In this document: positions 63,991-64,000 of the stretch, one piece after another
How the letters are laid out: the number at the start of each line of letters is the position of its first letter
Numbering within the stretch: the stretch's first letter is position 1
DNA from: Octopus sinensis
Taxonomy: Eukaryota
Length of the DNA: 64,000 bases
Direction of reading: 5' to 3'
Assembly (NCBI RefSeq): GCF_006345805.1
Contig: NC_043016.1
Coordinates: 1,922,001-1,986,000 of the forward strand
Notes under the pieces: generated by a model
What the model was told of the DNA's origin: nothing
The model's input: the letters and a program-made list of their open reading frames with translations, nothing else
The model's database searches: none
Program-made: the position numbers and the translations under genes

Positions 63991-64000
63991 TGTTGCGCGC

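Overview
This is a eukaryotic, AT-rich, repeat-dominated window. The SINE families and dense (TA)n/(TATG)n/(GATA)n/(TAA)n microsatellites strongly suggest an octopus (coleoid cephalopod) intron or intergenic region; this is recognition, not a database result. Nearly all ORFs in the supplied track are microsatellite artefacts. Real content: two Penelope-like elements (PLEs; RT + GIY-YIG, Neptune-like) with long inverted pseudo-LTR arms, a second PLE family fragment, an ancient PLE RT relic, two full-length mariner copies plus mariner/hAT MITEs, Tx1/L1-like and RTE LINE fragments, R4/Dong-like fragments in (TAA)n arrays, a non-autonomous Helitron and many tRNA-derived SINEs. Main observations: (1) about 12 hammerhead-ribozyme motifs, four with a compensatory A3-U8 catalytic core instead of C3-G8, and several in small non-coding fold-back elements; (2) an apparently mobile RT-less retroelement encoding only a CCHC ORF1/Gag-like protein, with palindromic 3'UTR repeats and a divergent homolog inside the Helitron; (3) SINEs repeatedly split at their internal microsatellite by PLE, ribozyme or Helitron insertions. 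Only weak candidate host exons were seen. Boundaries were read by eye and are approximate.
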